Source of the DNA: a virus
Lineage: Duplodnaviria > Caudoviricetes
Reading direction: 5' to 3' (one strand)
IMG/VR virus record: IMGVR_UViG_3300032247_001903
Span: 1-39,231 of that record
DNA length: 39,231 nucleotides
How positions within the stretch are numbered: position 1 is the first letter of the stretch; each line of letters opens with the position of its first letter. The position numbers were made by a program, and so were the translations under genes. Shown here piece after piece: positions 38,095 to 39,231 of the stretch. Below the pieces are notes generated by a model. That model ran no database searches. It was not told the origin of the DNA and was given only the letters and a program-made list of their open reading frames with translations.

Positions 38095-39231
38095 ATGTTT
38101 TATATTATAGAACGTCAAGATCAATTATCACAATTAGGTCCGTTTAATGATTACTTTATTAGATTTATTTCTAAAAATGATAATTTTCATCCTGCACTTA
38201 CATCATTAAGTTTAATTTATATTAGACCAATTGACAGTAAAAAAGGATATATATTATGTTTAGATCACAATGAATCATTTAGTTTAGATCAAAATGAAGT
38301 AATTAATTGGTTAAGTATCAATACAGATAGATTATTTTTAATTGATAAAAAAGAAGCATTACATTGGGTATATCCACTATCTAATAAATTATTTGATATT
38401 AATTTTGTTGAGTTCCCTGATTTAACGGAAGTATTAGATAATAGTTGTATTATTTATTATTATAGCAAACATATAAATTTATCTAATGTTAACTGTTTAA
38501 TTCCAATTAGTAAACATTATGAAGAAAGTGAAGCTATATTTACCAAAATAGAACCTATAATTAAAAAATATACCTTCTTATCACCTCAATTTAAATTTCA
38601 AAATTTTAAAACAACAGAAGTATTTTATCAAATTGAAAAAAATGGTATTAAAGTAGATAAAAACTGCTATATAAACCACTATCAAAATAAGATACAATAT
38701 CCCGAATTCAATTTATCTAAGAGCAGATTATATACTCAATATAATTTATATAATACTACTACTCGCCCATCTAACACCTGTAATAGTATTAATTTTGCTG
38801 CATTAAATAAAGATAATGGTGAACGTGAATGTTATAGAGCATCAAATGATATGTTTATAGAAATGGATTTTCAAGGATATCATCCACGATTAATTGGAGA
38901 AATGGTTAATTTTCAATTTTTAAATACTAAAAACACATATGAAACATTAGCTGAAACATTAAATGTTACTTCACAAGAAGCCAAAGAATTAACATTTAAA
39001 CAACTATATGGAGGTGTATGGAGTGAATATCAAAATAAACCATTTTTTAAAGAAGTAGCTATGTATGTTGATGAACTATGGAACACATTACAATATGGGG
39101 ACGTTGTTATTACTGAAAATAAAATATTTATACGTGACCAATTAGGAGAAATGAATCCACAAAAATTATTTAATTATGTGGTTCAAAGTAAAGAAACATC
39201 AACTAATGTTGAATTACTTAAATTGGTATTA
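38095..39231 (+). CDS. Family A DNA polymerase-like protein, 3'-truncated; not in the ORF track
   Basis: MFYIIERQDQL... stays open to the window end. Contains IEKNGI, TTTRPSN, motif A-like EMDFQGYHPRL and motif B-like AKELTFKQLYG. Confidence 0.85.
   Translation, partial: MFYIIERQDQLSQLGPFNDYFIRFISKNDNFHPALTSLSLIYIRPIDSKKGYILCLDHNESFSLDQNEVINWLSINTDRLFLIDKKEALHWVYPLSNKLFDINFVEFPDLTEVLDNSCIIYYYSKHINLSNVNCLIPISKHYEESEAIFTKIEPIIKKYTFLSPQFKFQNFKTTEVFYQIEKNGIKVDKNCYINHYQNKIQYPEFNLSKSRLYTQYNLYNTTTRPSNTCNSINFAALNKDNGERECYRASNDMFIEMDFQGYHPRLIGEMVNFQFLNTKNTYETLAETLNVTSQEAKELTFKQLYGGVWSEYQNKPFFKEVAMYVDELWNTLQYGDVVITENKIFIRDQLGEMNPQKLFNYVVQSKETSTNVELLKLVL

Noticed and set aside
1-39231. Alternative genetic code (stop-codon reassignment)
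   Set aside because: Long genes are intact under the standard code, and TAG/TGA stops fall at plausible gene ends followed by intergenic signals or the next start.

Overview
A very AT-rich (roughly 30% GC by eye) segment of a large tailed phage with T4-like myovirus morphogenesis genes. All credible genes are on the + strand. The order is: head-associated genes, prohead protease (gp21-like), scaffold, major capsid (gp23-like), PhoH, neck and tail-completion genes, Ser/Thr-rich fibre genes interrupted by a GIY-YIG homing endonuclease and three tandem LamG genes, sheath, tube, a gp26/gp51-like chaperone pair, tape measure, baseplate genes (LysM protein, hub with an M15 peptidase), and the 5' part of a family A DNA polymerase-like gene. 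A TATTTAT motif precedes most transcription units. Most starts lack a Shine-Dalgarno and have A-rich leaders, which suggests (inference) a Bacteroidota host. The best candidate for a novel system is a capsid cargo-loading code. The peptide R-[WM]-Q-x-L-A-[GN]-[IV] at the scaffold C-terminus reappears at the N-termini of three unrelated proteins, each time followed by an (I/L)-x-E protease-type site. The three are a 2H phosphoesterase, a membrane-hairpin protein and a multidomain protein. Other highlights are a 30-nt identical repeat closing three otherwise divergent lectin genes, a probable +1/-2 frameshift in the tail chaperone pair, and heavy [ST]GS enrichment in virion-surface proteins. All annotations come from reading motifs and gene order; no searches were run.
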